64,000 nt of DNA from Capsulimonadaceae bacterium (GTDB taxonomy: Bacteria; Armatimonadota; Armatimonadia; Armatimonadales; Capsulimonadaceae), in the NCBI GenBank assembly GCA_965215505.1, contig OZ244065.1, forward strand, positions 4,416,001-4,480,000. The letters run 5' to 3'. The position numbers were made by a program, and so were the translations under genes. The notes under the pieces were generated by a model that made no database searches, had not been told where the DNA came from, and worked only from the letters and a program-made list of their open reading frames with translations. Within the stretch, counting starts at the first letter, position 1. Each line of letters starts with the position of its first letter. Below are positions 55,700 through 64,000 of the stretch, in pieces.

Positions 55700-57910
55700 T
55701 CAACCGGGCACATACTCCTCCCAGCGAATCTCCACCTCGCCGCCGCCAGGGATGGCGTATTCCCGGTGCCCCTCCGGTGTCGTCTCACCGACCAGTTCTG
55801 TGCCGCCGAGCCGGACCACGGTGTCGGGCATCCTGCCGTCATCCGGGATCAGGCGCAGGCGGCAGGCGGCTCGGGGAACACCGGGGAGCCGGAGGCCGAC
55901 GCACCCTTCGGCATGGCGCATCTCGGCCAGCGGGTAGTCGCAGTAGAGCAGGAACGGGACGCGCGGCAGCCGGTGGAAGGCGCGCGTGACGAAGGCGAAG
56001 GCCGCGCCCGCGCCGTACACCTCCTGGCCGACCGCCCCTGCCGGGTCGCCGTTCGCGTACAGGTCCTCCACCGGGAGGGCCAATGCCCGGTCCAGATGGC
56101 CGTTGCGAATTTCGGTCGCCAGTGCCTCCTCGGGCATCTCGCCCGGATAGTAGTACCAGGCCCGGTCCAGTAGGTGTCGGCAGTATTCTGTCAGCAGCAG
56201 CGTGACCGACGGAGGCAGGTCGTCGCCCGTGAGGCTCAGTATCTCATGGAAAGCGGCCAGCGACTCGAACGCCTCGAAGATGGCGGTGTATTCGGCGTCG
56301 TGCAGGCACAGGACGGCGAGGAATGTGGGGAAGAACTTGGCAGCGCCCAGGTCGGACTCGAACAGCGTGGTGTGATGGAAGAACGAGGCCAGCAGGACGA
56401 AAGCCTGGTCCCGGAAGAAGTCGTCGCCGGTTTCGCGCCACAGGCGGAGGCAGGCCGCCGCCCCGATGGCCGTGATGTTGTACTGGTAGCCCGTCGCGAA
56501 CCGGTAGCCGGACAAGGCGCGGGCAGCTTTTTTCGCCTCCTCCAGATAGCGGTCTTTTCCGGTCAGTCCCCAGGCGTGGAGGCAGACGTCGGCGTACAGC
56601 CCGCCGACGTCCGACTGCCCCGGCTCGCCCGGCTTTCGGTCCCCGGTGATCACCTCGAACGTCTCGACGTTGAACTGCACCGGCCAGCGGTATTGGAAGT
56701 GATGCGCCGCCTTGATGCCGTGTTCCAGGGAGTCCAGGAATAGACGCCTCGCCTCGCTGTCCCCCGTCCCGGCCAGCCGCGCCAGGTCGAGCAGAGGGTG
56801 GTACAAGTACCACGAGTCCACCTCGTCCGCGTCTTTCTCCTCGCCCACGGAGGGCAGGTAGCGCCGCATCGTCTTCAATTTAGCATCGTAGAAGGCCGGG
56901 ACGCCCCTCCTCAGTGCGTCCGCCAGCGGGATGGGTTCGCCGGTCCATCCCTCGAATTCGCGCAGCGGCAACAGCAGGGCGAGTTGGACCATGCTGTCCG
57001 GCTCCTCGGCGTCCAGGTAGGGCCGGGCGTAGGTGTGGCCGTCTTGGACCACCAGGCAACCGTCCGCGTGGGCCAGATCGTGCGCCGACTCCCGCGCCTT
57101 GCGCGGCCAGTCGTGCCACCGAGTCTCCGTCTGGGCGATGTGTGGGTAGAGCCGCGCCAGACCGTCCAGGAACAGCCGCGCCGCCTGCCGCTCATCGGCG
57201 GGCACTTGGGGGCTGAAGACGACGAGGGCGTCCGAAACCGTGACCTCGACGCCCGCTTTTAGCGGCGTCTCGGAGGGCGGCGGGGCGTAGCCGAGCTGCG
57301 GCCACTGCCCGCCGACCAGCCCGCTCGGCTTGGCTTCCAGGGCGGCCAGGAGGGGATTCAAGGCCGTCAGGTTTTGCAGGTAGAGCATCGTGCCGGAGGC
57401 AGGTGCGGTCCCGGTCCAGAACAGCACGGCCGCCCCCGAGTTCGGCTGCCCCGCGTGGGCCGTGCCACGCGCATCGCGCGGGTCATCGCCCCGCCCCAGC
57501 GGGTAGATGTCGCGCGGCCAGAAGGGCAGGCGCAGTTCGTCGCCCGGCGTCAGGCTGCTCCGCCACCGGAGCAGGCCGTCTTCGACCCGCTCCACTTCCA
57601 CCTTGTAGCGACCCAGCGAGGTGGTCAGGGCGAACCGGGCCGCGTCGTCCCCGGCCTCCGCCTCGTCCACCGTCAGCGGTGCCCCCGGCGCATAGGTCGT
57701 CCGGAAGGCGGTGCCGCCCTTGCCGCTCCGGGCGACGATCCACAGCGACTCGCGGCCCGCCCGCACGTCCACCGTCACCGGCCCACACTCCCAGGGCGTC
57801 GGGAGCAGGGAGCGGCTTGCCGCCAGCTCGTCCCGCACCGCCGCCGTCCACGGGTCAACCCCCGTCAGCTCGTCGTCGGGGATCACGTCTTTGTCCATCA
57901 CGTCTGCCAT
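55700..57910 (-). CDS. Conserved hypothetical protein, possible (alpha/alpha)6 glycosidase fold
   Basis: ~736-aa ORF with strong codon bias; DSWYLYHP, LTGKDRYLEEA, ETGDDFF six-hairpin-like repeats. Confidence 0.65.
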   Translation of the reverse strand: MADVMDKDVIPDDELTGVDPWTAAVRDELAASRSLLPTPWECGPVTVDVRAGRESLWIVARSGKGGTAFRTTYAPGAPLTVDEAEAGDDAARFALTTSLGRYKVEVERVEDGLLRWRSSLTPGDELRLPFWPRDIYPLGRGDDPRDARGTAHAGQPNSGAAVLFWTGTAPASGTMLYLQNLTALNPLLAALEAKPSGLVGGQWPQLGYAPPPSETPLKAGVEVTVSDALVVFSPQVPADERQAARLFLDGLARLYPHIAQTETRWHDWPRKARESAHDLAHADGCLVVQDGHTYARPYLDAEEPDSMVQLALLLPLREFEGWTGEPIPLADALRRGVPAFYDAKLKTMRRYLPSVGEEKDADEVDSWYLYHPLLDLARLAGTGDSEARRLFLDSLEHGIKAAHHFQYRWPVQFNVETFEVITGDRKPGEPGQSDVGGLYADVCLHAWGLTGKDRYLEEAKKAARALSGYRFATGYQYNITAIGAAACLRLWRETGDDFFRDQAFVLLASFFHHTTLFESDLGAAKFFPTFLAVLCLHDAEYTAIFEAFESLAAFHEILSLTGDDLPPSVTLLLTEYCRHLLDRAWYYYPGEMPEEALATEIRNGHLDRALALPVEDLYANGDPAGAVGQEVYGAGAAFAFVTRAFHRLPRVPFLLYCDYPLAEMRHAEGCVGLRLPGVPRAACRLRLIPDDGRMPDTVVRLGGTELVGETTPEGHREYAIPGGGEVEIRWEEYVPG

Positions 57911-58024
57911 TGCTGCCACCTCAAATCAATGTTGCCTAAAATCGATGCTGCTTATGCCTGCCCCGTTTGTTCCCAAAAAACGCCTGGGTATATCCGCCTC
58001 AGATTTGATGGAAGGGACACTCTC

Positions 58025-58765
58025 ATGCTGAAAAAGATCATCGGGACCAGCCTGCAAGGCAAGGCGGTCATCGTCACCGGGGGGACAACCGGAATCGGGC
58101 GCGCGACGGCGGAGCTTCTGGCCTCGGAGGGGGCCAAGGTGCTCATCTTCGGGCGGCACGAGAAGGAGCTGAACGAGGCGCTTGCCGACATGCCCGAGGG
58201 GCAGGTCTTCGGCCTGACGGCGGACACGACGAAGCCCGCCGACATCGAGCGCGTCTTCGCGACGGCCGACTCGAAGCTGGGCGGCGTGGATATTTTAGTC
58301 AGCAACGCCGCCGAAGCCGCCCAGAGCATCCTGGACACGGAGTATGCCGAGTGGGAATATGTGGTCCAGGCCAACCTGCTGGGGTACATGGCCTGCGCCC
58401 GCCACGCCGTTGACCGGATGAAGCCCAAGGGCAGCGGCCACATCGTCAACATCGGCTCCCTCAGCGCCAAGCTGCGGGACGCGGGCAGCGACGTGTATGT
58501 CGCCACGAAAAGCGCCATCGAGGGCTTTTCTGAGGCCCTGCGGAAGCAGGTGAACGAAATGGGCATCAAGATCTCGCTGATCGAGCCGGGCAAGGTCGGC
58601 GCGGACTTCCCGAACTCCACGCCGGAGGAGCAGCCCGCGCAGCAGGCCGAGGGCGAGATGCTGCTGGCCGAAGACATCGCCGCCGCCGTCCACTTCGTCC
58701 TGACCCAGCCGGCCCGCTGCGACATCATCCAGCTCCAGATCCGCCCGCACAAGCAGGCCATCTAG
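58025..58765 (+). CDS. SDR oxidoreductase
   Basis: TGGTTGIG, SNAA, YVATK, IEPG. Confidence 0.92.
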   Translation: MLKKIIGTSLQGKAVIVTGGTTGIGRATAELLASEGAKVLIFGRHEKELNEALADMPEGQVFGLTADTTKPADIERVFATADSKLGGVDILVSNAAEAAQSILDTEYAEWEYVVQANLLGYMACARHAVDRMKPKGSGHIVNIGSLSAKLRDAGSDVYVATKSAIEGFSEALRKQVNEMGIKISLIEPGKVGADFPNSTPEEQPAQQAEGEMLLAEDIAAAVHFVLTQPARCDIIQLQIRPHKQAI

Positions 58766-58780
58766 TGCGTCCGCTGCGCC

Positions 58781-58890
58781 GTAGGGGCGAACCTTGTGTT
58801 CGCCCTTCCCTCTAGGCCACGGTGGGGGCGCGGGGCGTCCGGGGCGCGGGGTCGTTGTTCAAGAAGGGCGAACACAAGGTTCGCCCCTAC
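58781..58890. repeat. REP doublet (two identical 26-bp GTAG REPs, inverted) between convergent genes
   Basis: 58781-58806 and its reverse complement at 58865-58890. Confidence 0.88.
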
Positions 58891-59423
58891 GCCCCCGAAT
58901 ACCGCCGCGCCCCGTCTTCCAGCAGTTCTTTGGCCCTCTCCGGCCCGCCGCGCCCGGTCGGCTTGAACTCCTTGCCCGCCAGCGTGTTGTAGGACACGAA
59001 GAACTGCTCGATCTCGACCACGGTGCTGTCTTCCAGGTGGTCCAGCGCCTCGATGCTTCGGTGAGACTGCGCGACGACCGCGACCGCGATGAGCCGGTCA
59101 TTCCGCATCGTTTCCCCGTCCCGCTCGGTCTGCTCGGCCTCGATGACGCCGATCAGCCGCGCTTCGACCAGGCAGCCGGGGAAGACCGGCTCATCCATCA
59201 GCACCAGCACGTCCAGCGGGTCGCCGTCCTCGCCGCGCGTAGACGGCAGGAAGCCCATGTCGAAGGGGAAGACCGCCCCCGCCGGCAGCACCTTGCTCAG
59301 ACGGAACAGGCCCCGCTTTGGCTCATAGGTGAACTTGTTCCGGCCGCCTTTGGGCGACTCGATGACCGCGTTCACCTGCCCCGTCTCCGGGTCCCGCGTT
59401 TCTAATCCTTCCAGGTTGGTCAC
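58887..59423 (-). CDS. ppa: Family I inorganic pyrophosphatase
   Basis: IESPKGGRNK, GFLPST, DGDPLDVLV, NDR, FFVSY. Confidence 0.88.
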   Translation of the reverse strand: MTNLEGLETRDPETGQVNAVIESPKGGRNKFTYEPKRGLFRLSKVLPAGAVFPFDMGFLPSTRGEDGDPLDVLVLMDEPVFPGCLVEARLIGVIEAEQTERDGETMRNDRLIAVAVVAQSHRSIEALDHLEDSTVVEIEQFFVSYNTLAGKEFKPTGRGGPERAKELLEDGARRYSGA

Positions 59424-59542
59424 GGCTCACCTCTCGTTCTTCTCGTCACCCTCGGCGGCTTCGTCCTCTTTGGGGTCCCTGCGCTCGTGCAGGTAGGCCA
59501 TGCTCAGGGGGGGCTTTCCACAGCCCCGTCCGCTTCTTCGCC

Positions 59543-60466
59543 TCACCCGCCGGGACCCAGCAATTGATCCACGGTGACGAACCGGAAGCCGCGCGCCTTC
59601 AAGCGCTGGATGATCTGCGGCAGGATCAGCAGCGTCTGCGCGCTGCCGTCGTGTAGCAGGATGATCCCGCCGTCGCTGATCGTGTCCAGCGTCCGCGTCT
59701 CGATCACGCCCGTGCCGGGGTCGGCGTAGTCGCCGGGGTCGTCGCTGTAGAGGATCATCTTGTAGCCCAGGGCCTCCACCGACTCGGCGACGCCCCGGTT
59801 GTACTCGCCGCCGGGCGGGCGGAACAGGTGCGGCGGACGGCCCGTGATGCGCGTCAGCACCTCGCCGCAGGCCTTGATCTCGGTATCCACATACTCCGGC
59901 GGGATCTTGATGAGGCTGACGTGGTCGTAGGTGTGGTTGCCGACCTCGTGCCCCCCGGCGACCTCGGCGCGGATGAGGGCCGGGTAGCGTTCGGCCTGTT
60001 CGCCGACCACGAAGAAGGTGGCATGGATGCCGCTCTGCTTCAGGATTTGCAGCAGCCTTTGCGTGTAGACCGGGTGCGGCCCGTCGTCAATGGTCAGCGC
60101 GATCTCGCGCCGGCCTGGATCGCCGCGCAGGATGTCGTTGGCACGCAGACCGCGCAGCAGCATGGTCTGGTGCTGGGCGATCAGCTCCAGGCCGCTCTTG
60201 TAGACCTCATGCTTGGCGTTGAGCCAGTACTTGTCCCGCTCGCCCTCCACCAGCGCCAGCGCCTCCGAAGCGGGGAGCATGTTCGGGGCCACCTCCCGGC
60301 GGCGGGCCGTGTTCTGCGGCAGCTTGGACTTCACACGGACCGGGTTCGGGACGACGGCGCGGGCCGCCGGCGCACTCTGGGCGGATGCGGCGAGTGCCAG
60401 GCTTGCCAGCGCGGAGAGGGAGAGGCCGAGGGCTGCCCCGTGGCGCATTGCTTGGTTTCTCATCAT
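59543..60466 (-). CDS. Polysaccharide deacetylase (CE4/NodB), exported
   Basis: LTIDDGP, ATFFVVG, GNHTYDH, FRPPGG, IILLHD. Confidence 0.92.
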   Translation of the reverse strand: MMRNQAMRHGAALGLSLSALASLALAASAQSAPAARAVVPNPVRVKSKLPQNTARRREVAPNMLPASEALALVEGERDKYWLNAKHEVYKSGLELIAQHQTMLLRGLRANDILRGDPGRREIALTIDDGPHPVYTQRLLQILKQSGIHATFFVVGEQAERYPALIRAEVAGGHEVGNHTYDHVSLIKIPPEYVDTEIKACGEVLTRITGRPPHLFRPPGGEYNRGVAESVEALGYKMILYSDDPGDYADPGTGVIETRTLDTISDGGIILLHDGSAQTLLILPQIIQRLKARGFRFVTVDQLLGPGG

Positions 60467-60484
60467 GGGGGCATTCTACCCGAA

Positions 60485-61249
60485 TCACAGCCGCAGGCAG
60501 GACTCCGCCGCCAGCCAGAACAGCTTCTCGCGCGCCGCCCCCTGCCGCTGCCAGCCCCGCGCGTCCCACACCCCGCCGCCCACGTCATCGCCGCCGTACA
60601 AAAGCTGCCCGAACTCCACACCGCGAAACTCGGCCACGGCGAAGAAGGCCGCCGCCTCCATCTCCACCGTCAGGCAGCCCTCCGCCCGGCGGCGCTTCAC
60701 CCTGTCCGGCGTCTCGCGGTACAAAGCGTCCGTCGTCCAGGTCTTCGTCTTCAGGTACTCCGTGCCCGCCGCCGTCAGCGTCTCCTCGATGGCGGCGACG
60801 GCGCGGGCAGTCGCCTCCACCTCGCGGGCCGGGGGCAGATAGTGGTACGACGTGCCCTCGTCGCGCACGGCGGCGTGGGGCACCAGGACGTGGCCCAGGG
60901 CGATGGCGCTGTCCAGGACGCCGCAGCCGCCGCAGGCGATGAACTTGCGCCCGCCCAGCGCGATGGCCTCCTCCAAAAGCCCCGCCGCCAGCGGGGCACC
61001 GACGCCGGGGTGGAAGACGGCCAGCCGCGTCCCCCGCAGCGTCACCTCGTAGATCGGGTGCAGTCCGATCTCGCTGGCGAGGTTATACAGCAGCCGCGCC
61101 TCGTGGTCCCGGAGCAGCGTGGCGACGACATCCTGAAAGAAGCAGACGACCGCCCGCTCCGGCATGTCCACGTCCGCGTTCAGGTGCTTCGGCTCGATCA
61201 GGGCCGTCCGCGCCGGATCAAATTCGAGGATGGGGTAGGGGTATTCCAT
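60485..61249 (-). CDS. Nucleoside phosphorylase (PNP/UDP family)
   Basis: GVGAPLA, RDEGTSYHY, WTTDALYRET, VEMEAA. Confidence 0.9.
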   Translation of the reverse strand: MEYPYPILEFDPARTALIEPKHLNADVDMPERAVVCFFQDVVATLLRDHEARLLYNLASEIGLHPIYEVTLRGTRLAVFHPGVGAPLAAGLLEEAIALGGRKFIACGGCGVLDSAIALGHVLVPHAAVRDEGTSYHYLPPAREVEATARAVAAIEETLTAAGTEYLKTKTWTTDALYRETPDRVKRRRAEGCLTVEMEAAAFFAVAEFRGVEFGQLLYGGDDVGGGVWDARGWQRQGAAREKLFWLAAESCLRL

Positions 61250-61326
61250 GATATGAGTAGTCACTGCCCCCGGATTGAGATCCGGGCATTCGGTGAGGCG
61301 AATGTCCGCCTGTACGGACAGAGTGC

Positions 61327-61351
61327 GTAGGGGTGCTGCTTGCCGCGCCCT
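61327..61351 (+). repeat. GTAG-type REP
   Basis: GTAGGGGTGCTGCTTGCCGCGCCCT. Confidence 0.7.
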
Positions 61352-61466
61352 CTTCTCTTGCCGCATCTTGATCTCCCGTGTCCGCGCAGGCAAATAATGA
61401 CACTTCTAAAGCCCTGGTCCTCAGACCGGGGCGTCCTTGCGCTGTTAAAACGTCATTAAACTGTCA

Positions 61467-62450
61467 TTAAACGGTTTTCCTGCCTCTCATCTCGTGCCAC
61501 CGCGCGGCGAACGGCACGAACGCGCCCGGCGTGAGGAAGGGCCGCACCCGCTCGTTGCCCTCCAGATAAAGAGCTTCGTAGACCCAGAGGTTCTGGTCGG
61601 CCAGGACGCCGTAACCCTCGGCGGCCTCTTGCAGTTCCGCCTCCGGGAGCGGGCAGAAGTCACGGTAGGCGGTCAGGAAGACGCGGCATGAACCGGGGGA
61701 CAGGTCCAGCATCAGGTGGAGGGCGCGCAGCACCTCCCAGGCGCGCGGGGCGACGCCGCACTGGTCCCAGTCTATGACGGCGCTGACCTCGCCCCCGTCG
61801 AAGAACAGGTTCGTCTCCTGGAAGTCGCCGTGTACGACTTGGAGGGGCAGGGCGCCGAAGCGGCGGCGCATGGATCCGTCGAGGGACGCCCGCCCTTGCA
61901 GCCATTCCCGGCGGCCCGCCAGGTGATGCAGGGCGGTCCGGTCGGCGTCCGTCTGAACGGCGCGGGCCGCGACCGCCGCCTGAATCCGTGCGAGGTTTTC
62001 CAAAGCTCCCGCCGTGTCGAAGGTGAACGCCTTGGGCCGTGCCTGAGCAATTGGGAAGTCGGCGAAGGCGAGGTGGATGCGCGCCAGGCAGCGGCCCGCC
62101 GCCGCGACCTCCGCCTCCTGTAAGTCGGCGCGCGCCACCTGCCGCCCGGCCGCCAGAGGGAACAGGGCGAACAAGCGCCCGTCCAGACAGGCCACCGTTC
62201 CGCCGTCCGGCAGGGGGAGAGGGGGGCAGACGGGTATGCCGCGCGCCGAGGCCCAGCCGATAGCCGTGTGTTCCCATTCGGCGCGCGCCGCGTCGGGGCG
62301 GCGGTAGGCGCGCAGGGCGCAAGCGCCGCCCGCCGTTTGGACGATGACCGTCCGGTTGACGGTGCCCGTCGCAGGCATGGTCGCGTTCAAGATGGGGCCA
62401 AGCCGCCACGACGACAGGGCGGCATGATCCTCGGGGGACAGAACGGACAC
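61467..62450 (-). CDS. Phosphotransferase (homoserine kinase type II/APH-like)
   Basis: GTVN, LARIH, VHGDFQETN, VIDWD. Confidence 0.85.
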   Translation of the reverse strand: MSVLSPEDHAALSSWRLGPILNATMPATGTVNRTVIVQTAGGACALRAYRRPDAARAEWEHTAIGWASARGIPVCPPLPLPDGGTVACLDGRLFALFPLAAGRQVARADLQEAEVAAAGRCLARIHLAFADFPIAQARPKAFTFDTAGALENLARIQAAVAARAVQTDADRTALHHLAGRREWLQGRASLDGSMRRRFGALPLQVVHGDFQETNLFFDGGEVSAVIDWDQCGVAPRAWEVLRALHLMLDLSPGSCRVFLTAYRDFCPLPEAELQEAAEGYGVLADQNLWVYEALYLEGNERVRPFLTPGAFVPFAARWHEMRGRKTV

Positions 62451-62765
62451 TTACCCGAGCCACTGCCGCGCCCAGGCGACGAGCTGCATGGTCTGCGGCT
62501 GGGGCAGCCCGAGCGATTCGCCGATGATGCGGATCTGGTCCAGGAACTCCAGAAAAGAGCAGACCGGCTCGGCGGACCGCTCGCCAGACAGACGCAGCAG
62601 CACCTGCCCGTCGGGGGAGCGCCGGATGTCGGCGATGAAAGGGTCCGTCCGCACGCCGGCCAGCCAGCCGATGACGGCGACGCAGAGCGGCGAGGCCTTG
62701 ACGCCGCGCTCGAGGGAGGACTGGAGGAAGGCGCGGGTGTCCTCCGCGCCGGGATGGTCGGACAT
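62451..62765 (-). CDS. Hypothetical protein
   Basis: 104-aa ORF abutting the next gene; TATAAT-like box just upstream of the ATG. Confidence 0.55.
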   Translation of the reverse strand: MSDHPGAEDTRAFLQSSLERGVKASPLCVAVIGWLAGVRTDPFIADIRRSPDGQVLLRLSGERSAEPVCSFLEFLDQIRIIGESLGLPQPQTMQLVAWARQWLG

Positions 62766-62807
62766 GGGGCTATTATAGCACGTCTTTAAGCACGTCAGGA
62801 CGGGGTA

Positions 62808-64000
62808 TCAGAACAGGAAGTAGCGCTGCGCCATCGGCAGGCTTTCGGCGGGCTTGCAGGTGAGCAGCACGCCGTCGGCGCGCACCTCGTAGGTCTCCGG
62901 GTCCACTTCGAGGACCGGCATGGCCGCGTTGTGTTTCATGTCGGCTTTACCGATGCATCGGCAGTCCTTGACGGCGGCGGCCTTCTTCTGGAGGCCCAAT
63001 GTCTCGGGCAGTCCGCTTTCGAGGGCGGCCTGGGAGACGAACGTCAGGCTCGTCGGGCCGACCGCCCCGCCGAACGCGCCGAACATCGGGCGGTACAAGA
63101 CCGGCTGCGGGGTGGGGATGGAGGCGTTCGGGTCGCCCATGGCGGCCCACGCGATGAACCCGCCCTTAACCACCATCTCGGGCTTGACGCCGAAGAAGGC
63201 GGGCCTCCACAGGACCAGGTCGGCCAGCTTGCCCGGCTCGATTGAGCCGATCTCATGGGCGACGCCATGGGTGATGGCGGGGTTGATCGTGTACTTGGCG
63301 AGGTAGCGCTTGACGCGGGCGTTGTCGTTCCGCGCGGAGTCTTCCGGCAGCGGCCCGCGCTGCGTCTTCATCTTGTGCGCGGTCTGCCAGGTCCGCGTCA
63401 CGACCTCGCCGACGCGGCCCATGGCCTGCGAGTCGCTGGAGATCATGCTGAGGACGCCCATGTCGTGCAGGATGTCCTCGGCGGCGATGGTCTCGGCGCG
63501 GATGCGGCTCTCGGCGAAGGCGACATCCTCGGGGACCTGCGGGTTCAGGTGGTGGCAGACCATCAGCATGTCCAGATGCTCGGCGATGGTGTTGACCGTG
63601 AAGGGCCGCGTCGGGTTGGTGGAGGAGGGCAGGACGTTCGGGAAGGACGCGATCCGCAGGATGTCCGGCGCGTGCCCGCCGCCCGCGCCCTCGGTGTGGT
63701 AGGTGTGAATCGTCCGCCCGGCGATGGCGGCGACGGTGTCCTCCAGGAAACCGGCCTCGTTGATGGTGTCCGTGTGGATCGCCACCTGTACGTCGTACTC
63801 GTCGGCGACCGCGAGGCAGGCGTTGATCGCCGCCGGGGTCGTCCCCCAGTCCTCATGCAGCTTCAGCCCGCAGGCCCCCGCCCGGACCTGCTCGGCCAGC
63901 GGCTCCGAGGTGGCCGCGTTGCCTTTGCCGGTGAACCCGAAGTTCATCGGCCAGGCGTCTGCGGCCTGGAGCATCCGCGCCAGGTGGAACGCGCCCGGTG
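62808..64000 (-). CDS. ureC: Urease subunit alpha (5' part outside the window)
   Basis: [48 protein letters not shown]. Confidence 0.98.
   Translation of the reverse strand, partial: PGAFHLARMLQAADAWPMNFGFTGKGNAATSEPLAEQVRAGACGLKLHEDWGTTPAAINACLAVADEYDVQVAIHTDTINEAGFLEDTVAAIAGRTIHTYHTEGAGGGHAPDILRIASFPNVLPSSTNPTRPFTVNTIAEHLDMLMVCHHLNPQVPEDVAFAESRIRAETIAAEDILHDMGVLSMISSDSQAMGRVGEVVTRTWQTAHKMKTQRGPLPEDSARNDNARVKRYLAKYTINPAITHGVAHEIGSIEPGKLADLVLWRPAFFGVKPEMVVKGGFIAWAAMGDPNASIPTPQPVLYRPMFGAFGGAVGPTSLTFVSQAALESGLPETLGLQKKAAAVKDCRCIGKADMKHNAAMPVLEVDPETYEVRADGVLLTCKPAESLPMAQRYFLF

Noticed and set aside
59426-59501. 24-aa ORF MAYLHERRDPKEDEAAEGDEKNER upstream of ppa
   Set aside because: Too short, with no clear SD or recognisable homology; may be a gene remnant but cannot be supported.

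Overview
High-GC bacterial chromosomal window. Gene style suggests an Armatimonadota-like lineage, but this is inference only. It holds mostly housekeeping, stress and carbohydrate genes: tRNA-Asn, a secE-nusG-rplK-rplA-rplJ-rplL cluster with L1/L10 leader elements, msrB, Mn-catalase, DUF1800/DUF1501, ppa, and a partial ureC. No integrase, transposase or CRISPR array is visible. The strongest candidate novel system is an apparent operon at 29764-36850. It encodes two asparagine-synthetase-like ATP pyrophosphatases that both lack the glutaminase Cys, flanking a Zn-ribbon/2TM/TopoVI-A-like TOPRIM protein with a Gly/Asp-rich 'DSFG' tail, plus a membrane CBM-like protein, a cupin, an RbsD/FucU-like protein and a GNAT. 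Other highlights: a perfect 21x17-bp tandem repeat that frameshifts a signal peptide; an unannotated 56-aa membrane ORF coupled between rplK and rplA; a likely ATA start for rplJ; a terminator-like hairpin in the secE-nusG leader; a stand-alone cyanophycin-synthetase N-domain; and several REP-like palindrome families, one of which forms an in-frame interdomain linker. All family calls come from motif recognition by eye, not from database searches.
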